Notes under the pieces: model-generated
Databases searched by the model: none
What the model was told of the DNA's origin: nothing
The model's input: the letters and a program-made list of their open reading frames with translations, nothing else
In this document: positions 51,491 through 61,410 of the stretch, one piece after another
Layout: each line of letters begins with the position of its first letter
Numbering within the stretch: the first letter of the stretch is position 1
Origin: an uncultured Actinomycetota bacterium
GTDB taxonomy: Bacteria; Actinomycetota; Actinomycetes; Propionibacteriales; Propionibacteriaceae
Reading direction: 5' to 3'
NCBI GenBank assembly: GCA_963780175.1
Contig: CAWAAT010000001.1
Span: 13,928-77,927, forward strand
Length of the DNA stretch: 64,000 bases
Position numbers and translations under genes: made by a program

Positions 51491-53992
51491 ATGGCGACCC
51501 GCGCGTCTTCCCCGGCGCGGCCTCGTAGTTCTTCGTCTCGCCTCAGTGCGACGAAGCCGTCGAGTTCGCGCGCGTCTGGAAGTTCAACCACATCCAAGCC
51601 TCGTCAGGTGAGCCGGACGAGGACCTCGCCGACTCGTCCCAACGTGGTGGTCAGGACCGCCGCCAGTATCTGGCGGGGGCTGGCGCGCGGTCTGGGCGGG
51701 CTGGCACGCGGTCTGGGCGGCAGCGTGCAGAGCATCGACCCGGCGGTTCGCCGAGACGGTGTGGGACTGGGACTGTTCTGCTTGGCGGTCCTGGTGGCAG
51801 CGTCGTTCTGGTTCTCGATGCCTGGCCTGATGGGGGAGTGGCTGAGGCTCGGCGTGGCCTCCCTGGTCGGGTTGACCTCCTACGCGGTGCCCGTCCTCCT
51901 GCTCGCGATGAGCTTCCGCACGCTGCGCAACCCCTTGAACAACGGGCCGGCCGGGCGGCAGGTGGTCGGCTGGACCGTCTTCCTGTTCGGCCTCCAGGGC
52001 ATCGTCAACCTCACTCACATACCGCTGCCGGCGCCGTCCGACCCCGAACTCATGCGCAGCCACGGGGGTATCGTCGGTTACGTCGCCAGTTCGATGATGA
52101 GCCAGCTGTTGCCGGTCTGGTTGGCGGCGTTCGTGCTCGCGCTGATCGGGTTGTTCGGGCTCATCATCATCATCGGCAAACCCATCAACGAGTGGGTCGA
52201 GCTCTTCAGGGGCGTCATCGACTGGACTACCGCCAGGATTGAGGCCCGCCGTGAGGCCAGAGCGGAGCGACTGCGATTCGGTGTCGACCAGGCTTACGAC
52301 ACCCCGTTGGTCGAGGAGCACGAGCTCGAGGCGGCCGAACCGGCGCTGGCGCTCGAGGCGGGCACCGACGCACACTCCCAGCAGGTCAGCGAACCCGAAC
52401 AACCCCCACTGCCGGGCCCCAAGGCCAAGGTGCGCACGGGCCGGCCCGCCCGTGAGCCGGAACTCGAGGCCCCGCCACACACGTCCGCCCCGCAGCGGGT
52501 GGAGCAGTTGGCGCTGTCCGGGGACATCGTCTATACGCTGCCAGATTCCGCCCTGCTGCGGCCGGGCAGCGTGCCCAAGGCGCGCACCGAGGCGTCGGAC
52601 GCCATCGTCGGCAAACTGCAGGACGTCTTCTCCGAATTCGACATCGACGCTCGGGTCACCGGCTACACCCGCGGCCCGACCGTCACCCGGTACCAGATCG
52701 AGGTCGGTACCGGGGTCAAGGTTGAGAAGGTCACCGCGCTGAGCAAGAACATCGCCTACGCCGTCGCCTCACCGGACGTGCGCATCCTCAGCCCCATCCC
52801 GGGACGTTCCGCCATCGGTATCGAGATCCCGAACCGGGACAAGGAGGTTGTCTCGCTGGGTGATGTGCTCCGCAGCCAGAAGGCCCGGAACGACCACCAC
52901 CCACTGACCGTGGGGCTGGGCAAGGACGTCGAGGGCGGCTACGTCGTCGCCAACGTGGCCAAGATGCCTCACCTGCTGGTCGCCGGCGCCACCGGCTCGG
53001 GCAAGTCAAGCTTCATCAACTCGCTGATCACCTCGGTGATGATGCGCTCCACACCCGACGAGGTGCGGATGATGCTGGTCGACCCCAAGCGGGTGGAACT
53101 CAATCACTACGAGGGCATCCCGCACCTTGTCACGCCGATCATCACCAACCCGAAGAAGGCCGCGGACGCGCTGCAGTGGGTGGTGCGCGAGATGGACCAG
53201 CGCTACGACGACCTGGCCGCCTTCGGGTTCCGTCACGTGGACGACTTCAACAAGGCGATCCGCGCCGGGCAGGTGAGACTCCCACCGGGCAGCGAACGAG
53301 TGCTGACGCCCTATCCCTACCTGATGGTGGTCGTCGACGAGTTGGCCGACCTGATGATGGTCGCCCCCCGCGACGTCGAGGACTCCATCGTGCGGATCAC
53401 CCAGCTCGCCCGTGCAGCCGGCATCCATCTGGTGCTGGCGACCCAGCGTCCCTCGATCGACGTGGTGACCGGCCTCATCAAGGCCAACGTGCCATCCCGA
53501 CTGGCGTTCGCCACCAGTTCGATGACCGACTCACGGGTCATCCTCGACCAGCCGGGCGCCGAGAAACTGGTGGGCCAGGGCGACGGTCTGTTCCTACCGA
53601 TGGGTGCGTCCAAGCCCATGCGTGTGCAGGGTGCGTGGGTGACCGAGGCCGAGATCCGCGACGTCGTCGAGTTCGTCAAGGCCCAACTCGCTCCGCAGTA
53701 CCGCGAGGACGTCTCCGAGGCCACCGAGCAGGCCCCGAAGGTGGCCGAGGACATCGGCGACGACCTGGAGTTGGTGCTGGACGCCGCCCGGCACGTCATC
53801 GAACTGCAGCTCGGCTCGACCTCGATGCTGCAACGCAAGCTGCGGATCGGTTTCGCCAAGGCGGGACGCATCATGGACATCCTGGAGAACCGGGGAGTCG
53901 TGGGTCCATCGGAGGGCAGCAAACCGCGCGAGGTTCTCGTCACACCCGAAGCCCTGGACGAGGTGCTGGCCAGTCTGGCAGGGGGATCATGA
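51491..53992 (+). CDS. ftsK: DNA translocase FtsK/SpoIIIE
   Basis: 833 aa. N-terminal transmembrane segments. Walker A GATGSGKS. C-terminal gamma winged-helix domain. Confidence 0.9.
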   Translation: MATRASSPARPRSSSSRLSATKPSSSRASGSSTTSKPRQVSRTRTSPTRPNVVVRTAASIWRGLARGLGGLARGLGGSVQSIDPAVRRDGVGLGLFCLAVLVAASFWFSMPGLMGEWLRLGVASLVGLTSYAVPVLLLAMSFRTLRNPLNNGPAGRQVVGWTVFLFGLQGIVNLTHIPLPAPSDPELMRSHGGIVGYVASSMMSQLLPVWLAAFVLALIGLFGLIIIIGKPINEWVELFRGVIDWTTARIEARREARAERLRFGVDQAYDTPLVEEHELEAAEPALALEAGTDAHSQQVSEPEQPPLPGPKAKVRTGRPAREPELEAPPHTSAPQRVEQLALSGDIVYTLPDSALLRPGSVPKARTEASDAIVGKLQDVFSEFDIDARVTGYTRGPTVTRYQIEVGTGVKVEKVTALSKNIAYAVASPDVRILSPIPGRSAIGIEIPNRDKEVVSLGDVLRSQKARNDHHPLTVGLGKDVEGGYVVANVAKMPHLLVAGATGSGKSSFINSLITSVMMRSTPDEVRMMLVDPKRVELNHYEGIPHLVTPIITNPKKAADALQWVVREMDQRYDDLAAFGFRHVDDFNKAIRAGQVRLPPGSERVLTPYPYLMVVVDELADLMMVAPRDVEDSIVRITQLARAAGIHLVLATQRPSIDVVTGLIKANVPSRLAFATSSMTDSRVILDQPGAEKLVGQGDGLFLPMGASKPMRVQGAWVTEAEIRDVVEFVKAQLAPQYREDVSEATEQAPKVAEDIGDDLELVLDAARHVIELQLGSTSMLQRKLRIGFAKAGRIMDILENRGVVGPSEGSKPREVLVTPEALDEVLASLAGGS

Positions 53993-55466
53993 CGACTTCG
54001 GTGCATCTGGTGAGCCTGGGCTGCTCGCGCAATGACGTCGATTCCGAGGAACTGGCGGGTCGTCTGGACGCCGAGGGGTTTCGGTTGGTGGCCGACCCGG
54101 ATGCGGCCGACGTCATCATGGTCAACACCTGCGGCTTCATCGAGCAGGCCAAGAAGGACTCGATCGACACGCTGCTGGCCGCTGCGGATCACAAGCAGAC
54201 CGGCCAGACCAAGGTGGTGGTGGCCGTTGGATGCATGGCCGAGCGCTACGGCCGCGAACTTGCCGATGCGCTGCCAGAGGCGGATGCGGTGCTGGGCTTC
54301 GACGACTACCCGCAGATCGCCAGCCGGCTGCAGGCCCTGTTGGGAGGGGCGCATCTCACCTCACACGTGCCCACCGACCGGCGAACCCTGCTGCCGTTGA
54401 TGCCCGTCGCACGGCAGGACGCTCATCTGGTGGTCCCGGGCCACGTAGCCGTGACTCAAGGCCTGGTCGGCGTGGAGTCGGGTGGTCATTGGATCTGCCG
54501 CCGGGGGTGGCTCCGGCGTCCGGCCCGCGGGTGCTGCGTCGACGGCTGCACGCTGGTCCGTTCGCGCCTGTGAAGATCGCGTCCGGGTGTGACCGTCGGT
54601 GCGCGTTCTGTGCGATCCCGTCGTTTCGTGGCGCGTACCTGTCCAGACCGCTGGACGAGGTGGTGACTGAGGCGCGCTGGCTGGTCGATCAGGGCGTCCG
54701 GGAGATCATGCTGGTCAGCGAGAACTCCTCGTCCTACGGCAAAGACCTGGGCGACAGGACGGCACTGGCCAGGCTGCTGATGCAACTGTCAGCGGTGGAG
54801 GGGTTGGACTGGATCAGGGTGAGCTACCTGCAGCCTGCCGAGATCACCCCGGGCATGCTGGAGGCGCTCGCGACCACGCCCAAGGTCGTGCCCTACTTCG
54901 ACCTGTCCTTCCAGCACGCGTCGGCAGCGGTGCTGCGCCGAATGAGACGTTTCGGTGATCCGGACAGCTTCCTCGATCTGATCGGCCGGGTGCGGGCGCT
55001 TTCGCCCGATGCTGGCATCCGCAGCAACGTCATCGTCGGTTTTCCTGGCGAGACCCAGGCTGACGTCCAGACGCTGTGCGACTTTCTCACAGAGGCCCGG
55101 ATGGACGTTGTGGGGGTGTTCGGGTACTCGGACGAAGAGGGCACCGAGGGTGCGTCCCTGGCCGCCCACATCGAGCCCCAGGAGATCACCGCCCGGCTCG
55201 AGCACGTCAGCGAACTGGTCGACGAGCTGTGCAACCAGCGGGCCGAGGACCGAGTCGGTGAACGCGTCCGGGTGCTCATCGAGTCGGTGGCCCACGGCGA
55301 GGCCGTCGGCCGAGCCGCTCATCAGGGCCCCGAGGTTGACGGAACCACGAGCCTTCCCCTCAGGAATCCGTTGACTGTGGGTGATTTGGTGGACGCGCAG
55401 GTCGTCGGCAGCATCGGGGTCGATCTCGTGGCGCAAGTGGTGGCGGTGGCCGCGCCGCTAGAGTGA
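53989..55466 (+). CDS. rimO: ribosomal protein S12 methylthiotransferase RimO, with an apparent -1 frameshift near 54440
   Basis: The MTTase N-domain (VHLVSLGCSRNDVDSE...VNTCGFI) is in frame 1 and ends in a run of residues that do not look like protein. The radical SAM core (IASGCDRRCAFCAIP) and TRAM domain are in ORF 54231-55466. Confidence 0.8.
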
Positions 55467-55505
55467 ACCCAACGACCCAGGCGCCCAGCCAGGGGTGAGG
55501 AGCAC

Positions 55506-56156
55506 GTGATGAGCCACGTTGAACGTGACGGACAGCCCGAGAAGCTCCTTGGTTTCACCTGGAACATTCCGAACATCCTGACCATCATCCGCATGGTGCT
55601 CGTCCCGGTCTTCATGTGGGTATTCCTGGCGCATCCCGACGATCAGGGGTGGCGGTTGGCTGCCACTGCGGTGTTCGTGGTCGCCATCCTGACCGACAGC
55701 CTGGACGGTCACATCGCCCGCAAGTACGACCTGGTCACCAACTTCGGCAAGATCTGGGACTCGATCGCCGACAAGGCCCTGACCGGTATGGCGTTCGTGC
55801 TGCTGTCGATCGTCGGCGAACTGCCGTGGTGGATGACCATCATCATCCTCATCCGGGAGTGGGGGATCACCGGTCTGCGGTTCGCCGTCCTCAAGTACGG
55901 CGTGATGGCAGCCAACCGTGGCGGAAAGCTCAAGACCCTCGTCCAGTCGTTCGCGCTCATCGCATTCCTCATGTGGTTGCCCGATCTGGGGACGTGGTTC
56001 GTGGTCCTCAGATGGACGCTGATGTGGCTGGCTTTCGCACTGACCGTGTTCACCGGCGTTGACTACCTGCGTGAGGCTTACCGGCTTCGCAAGGCGTCCC
56101 TGGCGGCCGGTCATCCGGTCGACATCACCGGGGCAGCGAGTGACCCCACAGCCTGA
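55506..56156 (+). CDS. pgsA: CDP-diacylglycerol--glycerol-3-phosphate 3-phosphatidyltransferase
   Basis: CDP-alcohol phosphatidyltransferase motif DSLDGHIARK...G...D..ADK. Confidence 0.85.
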   Translation: MMSHVERDGQPEKLLGFTWNIPNILTIIRMVLVPVFMWVFLAHPDDQGWRLAATAVFVVAILTDSLDGHIARKYDLVTNFGKIWDSIADKALTGMAFVLLSIVGELPWWMTIIILIREWGITGLRFAVLKYGVMAANRGGKLKTLVQSFALIAFLMWLPDLGTWFVVLRWTLMWLAFALTVFTGVDYLREAYRLRKASLAAGHPVDITGAASDPTA

Positions 56157-56655
56157 CGGGCCGTCACCTGCCGCAGCCGAGGCGATCAGGCTGCTCCTGC
56201 AATCCGGCTGGACGATCGCCACCTGCGAGTCGCTGACCGGTGGCGGAATCGGTGCGACGATCACCTCGGTGCCGGGTTCCTCTGCGGTCTTCCGCGGCGG
56301 ACTGATCACCTACGCCCGGGATCTGAAGGTGAGCCTGGCCGGGGTGGACGCGGAGTTCGTCCGGCTTAACGGGGTGATCAACGAACACACCGCCAAGGAC
56401 ATGGCTCGGGGGGCGGCCGGTCGCTGTCGAGCCGATGTTGGCCTGTCCGCGACGGGTGTGGCCGGCCCGGACTGCGAGGACGGACACACCCCGGGCACCG
56501 TCTGGTTGGGTCTGGCTCTGCCTGCCTGCTACGTCGACCGACGTCGAGCCCGACCACTCCACCTGTCCGGCGACCGGGCCCAGATCAGGAGCCAGACCAT
56601 CGATGCGGCGCTGGCCTGGCTCATCGACTGCCTGGGTGAAAGCACCGCCGGGTGA
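56140..56655 (+). CDS. cinA: CinA C-terminal domain protein (PncC-like NMN amidohydrolase)
   Basis: TIATCESLTGGGIGA..T.VPGSS.VF.GG..TY motif. GTG start overlapping the pgsA end. Only the C-terminal domain is present. Confidence 0.75.
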   Translation: MTPQPDGPSPAAAEAIRLLLQSGWTIATCESLTGGGIGATITSVPGSSAVFRGGLITYARDLKVSLAGVDAEFVRLNGVINEHTAKDMARGAAGRCRADVGLSATGVAGPDCEDGHTPGTVWLGLALPACYVDRRRARPLHLSGDRAQIRSQTIDAALAWLIDCLGESTAG

Positions 56656-56751
56656 ACTGCGTCCTGTGACCAGGCCGGAATAAAGGGCAGATCGTGCCGC
56701 GTTGGGCAGGTGTGGTCGTCCAACCGGGGCGGCAGTCAAGGGGGAGACGAC

Positions 56752-57015
56752 ATGGCCGTGCTGGCTCGTGAACTGCTTGGCGAGGTTTTGCGTACCGAGC
56801 GGATGCGGCAAGGCCGTACGTTGCGTGAGGTGTCGCTCGCGGCCAGGGTGAGCCTCGGTTACCTGTCAGAGGTGGAGCGAGGCCAGAAGGAAGCCTCCAG
56901 CGAACTGCTGCACTCGATCAGTCAGGCCCTGGGCCTGTCGTTGTCCACGGTCTACGCCTCGATGTCCCAGTTGTTCGCCGAGGCCGAGGCGCGGCGGACG
57001 GCCCTGGCTGCCTGA
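56752..57015 (+). CDS. clgR: XRE-family helix-turn-helix regulator, ClgR homolog
   Basis: 87 aa helix-turn-helix ([26 protein letters not shown]). Position in the pgsA-cinA-clgR...recA block is conserved. Confidence 0.8.
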   Translation: MAVLARELLGEVLRTERMRQGRTLREVSLAARVSLGYLSEVERGQKEASSELLHSISQALGLSLSTVYASMSQLFAEAEARRTALAA

Positions 57016-57127
57016 CGGTTTCTCTCTGGGGCCTTGTGAACCCGAATCGGACCCAATCTGTTGGCGCTCTTCTAGGATGAGAGGGTCCTCGCACGGCTGC
57101 GACACCCCTTGATCACAGGAGTTCCAG

Positions 57128-59270
57128 ATGACCGTTCCCAGTCCCCGCCCCTGGCAGGACACCTCCAAGTCTCCCCGTGAGCGCGCCGAACTGCTCGTCG
57201 ACGCCATGACGCTGGAGCAGAAGATCGCCCAGTTGCACGGTGCCATGGCCACTATCGACATCTACTCGCTGTCCAACGATGTCTCCAGCGGCGAAGACAT
57301 GGATCAGTTGGCAGCCCAGATCCGGATCGAACGCCACGTCCCTGCCATCGACGAACTCGGCATCCCACGTTTCCGCATCACCAACGGACCGGTCGGTGTT
57401 GGCATGGGTGACGGAACGCCCAGCCCGCCGGCCACCGCACTGCCCATGACCATCGGCGTCGCGGCGTCCTTCGACCCCAAGCTGGCCTACACCTACGGCG
57501 ACATCATCGGCTCGGAGACCGCAACGCTGGGCCAGCACGTGCTGGAGGGCCCCGCGGTCTGCCTGCACCGAACCACCATCGCCGGCCGCAACTTCGAGTA
57601 CTTCTCCGAGGACCCCTACCTGTCGGGTGTGATGGGCGTCGAGGTCACCAAGGCGATCCAGTCGCATGACGTCATCGCGATGGGCAAGCACTACGTCGTC
57701 AACGACCAGGAGTACGAGCGGTTCCGCACCAGCGTCGAGGTGGACGAGCACGTGCTCCGCGAGCTCTACCTGCTGCCCTTCGAGATGCTCGTCAAGGACG
57801 GGAAGGTCGCCGCCATGATGAGCGCCTACAACCGTGTCCGGGGCGTCTATGCCACGGAGTACCGGCACACCCTGCACGACGTGTTGCGCGACGACTGGGG
57901 CTTCGAGGGCTACGTCCAGTCCGACTTCTGGTCGACACGCTCTGCCGCCCCCTCGTTGAACGCCGGGCTTGACCACGAGATGCCGGACGCGAAGTGGCTG
58001 AACGAAACCAACGTCAAGAACGCGCTGAACGACACGAGCCTGGAGATGAAGACCGTCGACCGGGCGTTGATCAGCGCGTTACACCCAAATGTTCCGGTTC
58101 GGACAGTTCGAGCGTCCGTACGCCCCGGGCGAGATCGACGCGGCCGGTCACGGCGCTGTCTCGCGCGAGTTGGGCGGCCAGATGGCCGTCCTGTTGAAGA
58201 ACGACAAGCAACTGTTGCCACTCGCCGCTCCGACGGGTCGAGTGCTCATCATCGGTCAGTCGAAGTACGCCGAGCACGCCTGCCAGGGTGGCGGCGGCTC
58301 GTCGAAGGTCGACCCGCTGTACACGGTTGCGCCACTGACGGGCATGCGTGATGTCCTCGCCCAACTCGAGTCGGATGCCGAGGTTGACCTCTTCGTGGTC
58401 GAAAATGACCTGTCGAACCTCGCCGAGGCTCAGAAGGCTGCCGGTGCGGCCGACCTGGTCGTGCTGATGGCCGGCCTGGTGGCCACCGAAGGCGCCGACA
58501 TGCCCGACGCGAACATGATCAACAATCAGAACGGCATGCTCGACGAACTGCTCGAGGTCAACCCCAACACTGTGCTGGTGCTGAAGAACTCGGCTCCGGT
58601 GCTGATGCCATGGATCGACAAGGCCCCGACCGTTCTTGAAGTCTGGAACCAGGGCACCGAGGACGGCCACGTCGTCGCGGACCTGCTCTTCGGTCTGGTC
58701 AACCCCTCGGGCAAGGTGCCCACCACCTATCCGCGCAGCGCCGACGACACCCTGTACGCCCATCACGTGGAGCGCTACCCGGGCACCGATGAGGGTGCCG
58801 GCTATCCGGTCATCCGCTACAGCGAGGGCCTGGCGATGGGCTACCGCTGGTTCCAGTCCCAGGGCATCGACCCGCTGTTCTGCTTCGGGTACGGACTCTC
58901 CTACACCACCTTCGAGGTGTCCGACGTCGAGGTCGACGCGGCTGGCTTCGATGGCAGCCAGCCCGTCGTGGTGCGTGGCCGGGTGGCCAACACCGGCGAG
59001 CGTGCCGGGGCCGAGGTGGTGCAGGTCTACCTGGGTATCCCGGTCGACGGACAGCCTCCGAAGCGCCTGGTGGGCTTCCAGAAGGTCCCCCTCGAGGCCG
59101 GTGAGTCAGCCGACTTCGAGATCGTCATCGACCCGGCTGCCTCGAACCACCCGTTCAGCGTCTGGGACTACTGCTCCAGGGGCTGGGCCGTCAAGCCCGG
59201 CGACTACACGGTGTTCGTGGGAACCTCCAGTGAGGACACTCCGTTCAGCAGCGTGCTGACGGTCGGCTGA
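57128..59270 (+). CDS. bglX: GH3 beta-glucosidase, with an apparent +1 frameshift near 58087
   Basis: The N-domain (GH3 catalytic region, KHYV.NDQE) is in ORF 57128-58351. The C-domain and FnIII-like region are in ORF 58089-59270. The join is at ISAL | TQMFRFGQF. Confidence 0.8.
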
Positions 59271-59386
59271 ACCGTCTTTGGTCACCGGCGGGGTCGCTGC
59301 TCTTGCGCGGCCCCGCCGGTCGATGTTGCCCAGGACAACGCTGATCGGGTGATGGGTCACTTGTTTGCGACCCGTAGGTTTGGGTC

Positions 59387-59581
59387 ATGCGTGAAGCCGA
59401 GTTGTGGCACCGACTGGAGACGCATCTGGGTGTTGCTCGCTCCCGGGTGTGGGCAGAACAGACCGTCCTCGCAGAACTCGGCGGACGGACAGTGCGCGAG
59501 GCGTTGGTGGCGGGCCTGGCCTGCAAGGCCATCTGGCGGGCGGTCTGGGCACAGCTGGAACTGCCCGCCAAAGACAGGTGA
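59387..59581 (+). CDS. DUF3046-family small protein, conserved upstream of recA in actinobacteria
   Basis: 64 aa: MREAELWHRLETHLG...VLAELGGRT..EAL..G.....W.AV. Confidence 0.7.
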   Translation: MREAELWHRLETHLGVARSRVWAEQTVLAELGGRTVREALVAGLACKAIWRAVWAQLELPAKDR

Positions 59582-59617
59582 TCCGCGATTTCGCGACACG
59601 CCAGCGAAGGACTGGTA

Positions 59618-59633
59618 TCGAACAGGTGTTCGG
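59618..59633 (+). promoter_or_regulatory. LexA (SOS) box upstream of recA
   Basis: TCGAAC-aggt-GTTCGG. It matches the actinobacterial TCGAAC-N4-GTTCGA consensus with one mismatch and lies 150 bp before the recA ATG. Confidence 0.75.
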
Positions 59634-59782
59634 ATAAAGTTGGGGTCGTCGGGTTGCCGTAACCGGGTTGTCCACAGGCCGTGACGAAGATGACGAATTG
59701 TCGGTCCGTCCGCCTACATTTCCGGTACAGCACCCCAACCCCGGAACTTCCAGGACTTCCCTGGCACAGAGAGGACGATCAG

Positions 59783-60826
59783 ATGGCTGTCGCAGACCGC
59801 GAGAAGGCACTCGAGGCCGCACTCGCCCAGATTGAGAAACAGCACGGCAAGGGCTCCATCATGCGACTGGGGGATACGACTCACTCCCAGATCGAAGTCA
59901 TTCCCACCGGTTGCATCGCTCTCGACGTGGCGCTCGGCATCGGTGGACTGCCGCGCGGGCGGATCGTCGAGATCTACGGCCCGGAGTCCAGTGGCAAGAC
60001 CACGGTGGCCCTGCACGCCATCGCCAACGCGCAGGCGGAGGGTGGCATCTGTGCGTTCATCGACGCGGAGCATGCCCTTGACCCCTCGTATGCCGCCGCC
60101 CTCGGAGTCAACACCGACGCGCTCCTGGTCAGCCAGCCCGACAACGGTGAACAGGCACTCGAGATCGCTGACATGCTCATCCGTTCGGGCGCGCTCGCCC
60201 TGATCGTCATCGACTCCGTCGCGGCTCTGACCCCGCGCGCGGAGATCGAGGGTGAGATGGGCGACTCCCACATGGGTCTCCAGGCGCGACTGATGAGCCA
60301 GGCGCTGCGCAAGATCACTGGCGCGTTGAGCAATGCCAACACCACTGCCATCTTCATCAACCAGTTGCGCGAGAAGATCGGCGTGATGTTCGGCAACCCT
60401 GAGACGACCACGGGTGGCCGAGCTCTGAAGTTCTACTCGTCGGTGCGGCTCGACGTGCGTCGCATCGAGTCCCTCAAGGACGGCAACGAAATCGTCGGCA
60501 ACCGCACCCGCGTGAAGGTCGTGAAGAACAAGGTGGCGCCGCCGTTCAAGCAGGCCGAGTTCGACATCATGTACGGGAAGGGCATCTCGCGGGAAGGCAG
60601 CCTGATCGACATGGGCGTGGACGTCGGGGTCGTCCGCAAGGCCGGCTCCTGGTTCACCTACGGTGATGACCAACTGGGACAGGGCAAGGAGAATTCCCGG
60701 AACTACCTGCTGGCCAATCCTGACGTCGCCAGCGAGATCGACGCCAAGATCCGCGTCGCGATGGGTATGGGAGAGGTCGTGGTCCCTGAGGGTGTCGACC
60801 CGGTAACAGGTGAGGTTGACTTCTGA
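59783..60826 (+). CDS. recA: recombinase RecA
   Basis: 347 aa from [25 protein letters not shown]. Walker [10 protein letters not shown]. No intein. Ribosome-binding site AGAGAGGA. Confidence 0.95.
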   Translation: MAVADREKALEAALAQIEKQHGKGSIMRLGDTTHSQIEVIPTGCIALDVALGIGGLPRGRIVEIYGPESSGKTTVALHAIANAQAEGGICAFIDAEHALDPSYAAALGVNTDALLVSQPDNGEQALEIADMLIRSGALALIVIDSVAALTPRAEIEGEMGDSHMGLQARLMSQALRKITGALSNANTTAIFINQLREKIGVMFGNPETTTGGRALKFYSSVRLDVRRIESLKDGNEIVGNRTRVKVVKNKVAPPFKQAEFDIMYGKGISREGSLIDMGVDVGVVRKAGSWFTYGDDQLGQGKENSRNYLLANPDVASEIDAKIRVAMGMGEVVVPEGVDPVTGEVDF

Positions 60827-60840
60827 GCAGGGAGGCCCCC

Positions 60841-61380
60841 GTGACATCGGATAGGCGTGACGCTGACCCAGACCCCTATTCCGTGACCCGAGAAATCGCC
60901 TTGAAGGCGCTGGATCGCCGGGCATACGCCCGGGCGGAGTTGGGGGACTACCTGGCACGCAAAGGAGCAGCCGTGGACGTCATCGGCCGGGTCCTGGACC
61001 GTTTCGAGGAAGTTGGTCTCATCGATGACGGTGCCTTCGCCAGCCAGTGGGTGGAGTCTCGTCACCGCGTTCGTCGGCTTCCCCGGCGAGCCTTGGTGGC
61101 CGAGTTGCGACGCAAAGGCCTCGAAGAGGACGTCATCAACCGGGCCGTCTCCGTCGTCGACCAGGAGGCTGAGGCCCGTGCGGCTCGCGACCTGGCGGAG
61201 GCCAAGGCAGGGTCTGTCGCAGGGCTGCCACCCGATACGGCGTTGCGTCGGCTCGTGGGCATGCTCGGGCGACGCGGTTTCAACGGCGAGCTGGCCTGGT
61301 CGACAGCCAAGGACGTGCTGGCGGAGCGCGACGATCCCGCGGGCGTGGGCCGTGAGCCGCAGGGCTGGGGCCCGGAGTAG
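60841..61380 (+). CDS. recX: regulatory protein RecX
   Basis: 179 aa directly after recA with a GTG start. RecX helical repeats. Confidence 0.85.
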   Translation: MTSDRRDADPDPYSVTREIALKALDRRAYARAELGDYLARKGAAVDVIGRVLDRFEEVGLIDDGAFASQWVESRHRVRRLPRRALVAELRRKGLEEDVINRAVSVVDQEAEARAARDLAEAKAGSVAGLPPDTALRRLVGMLGRRGFNGELAWSTAKDVLAERDDPAGVGREPQGWGPE

Positions 61381-61410
61381 TCTGCGGGGACAGTTGACGC
61401 GCGAACAGGG

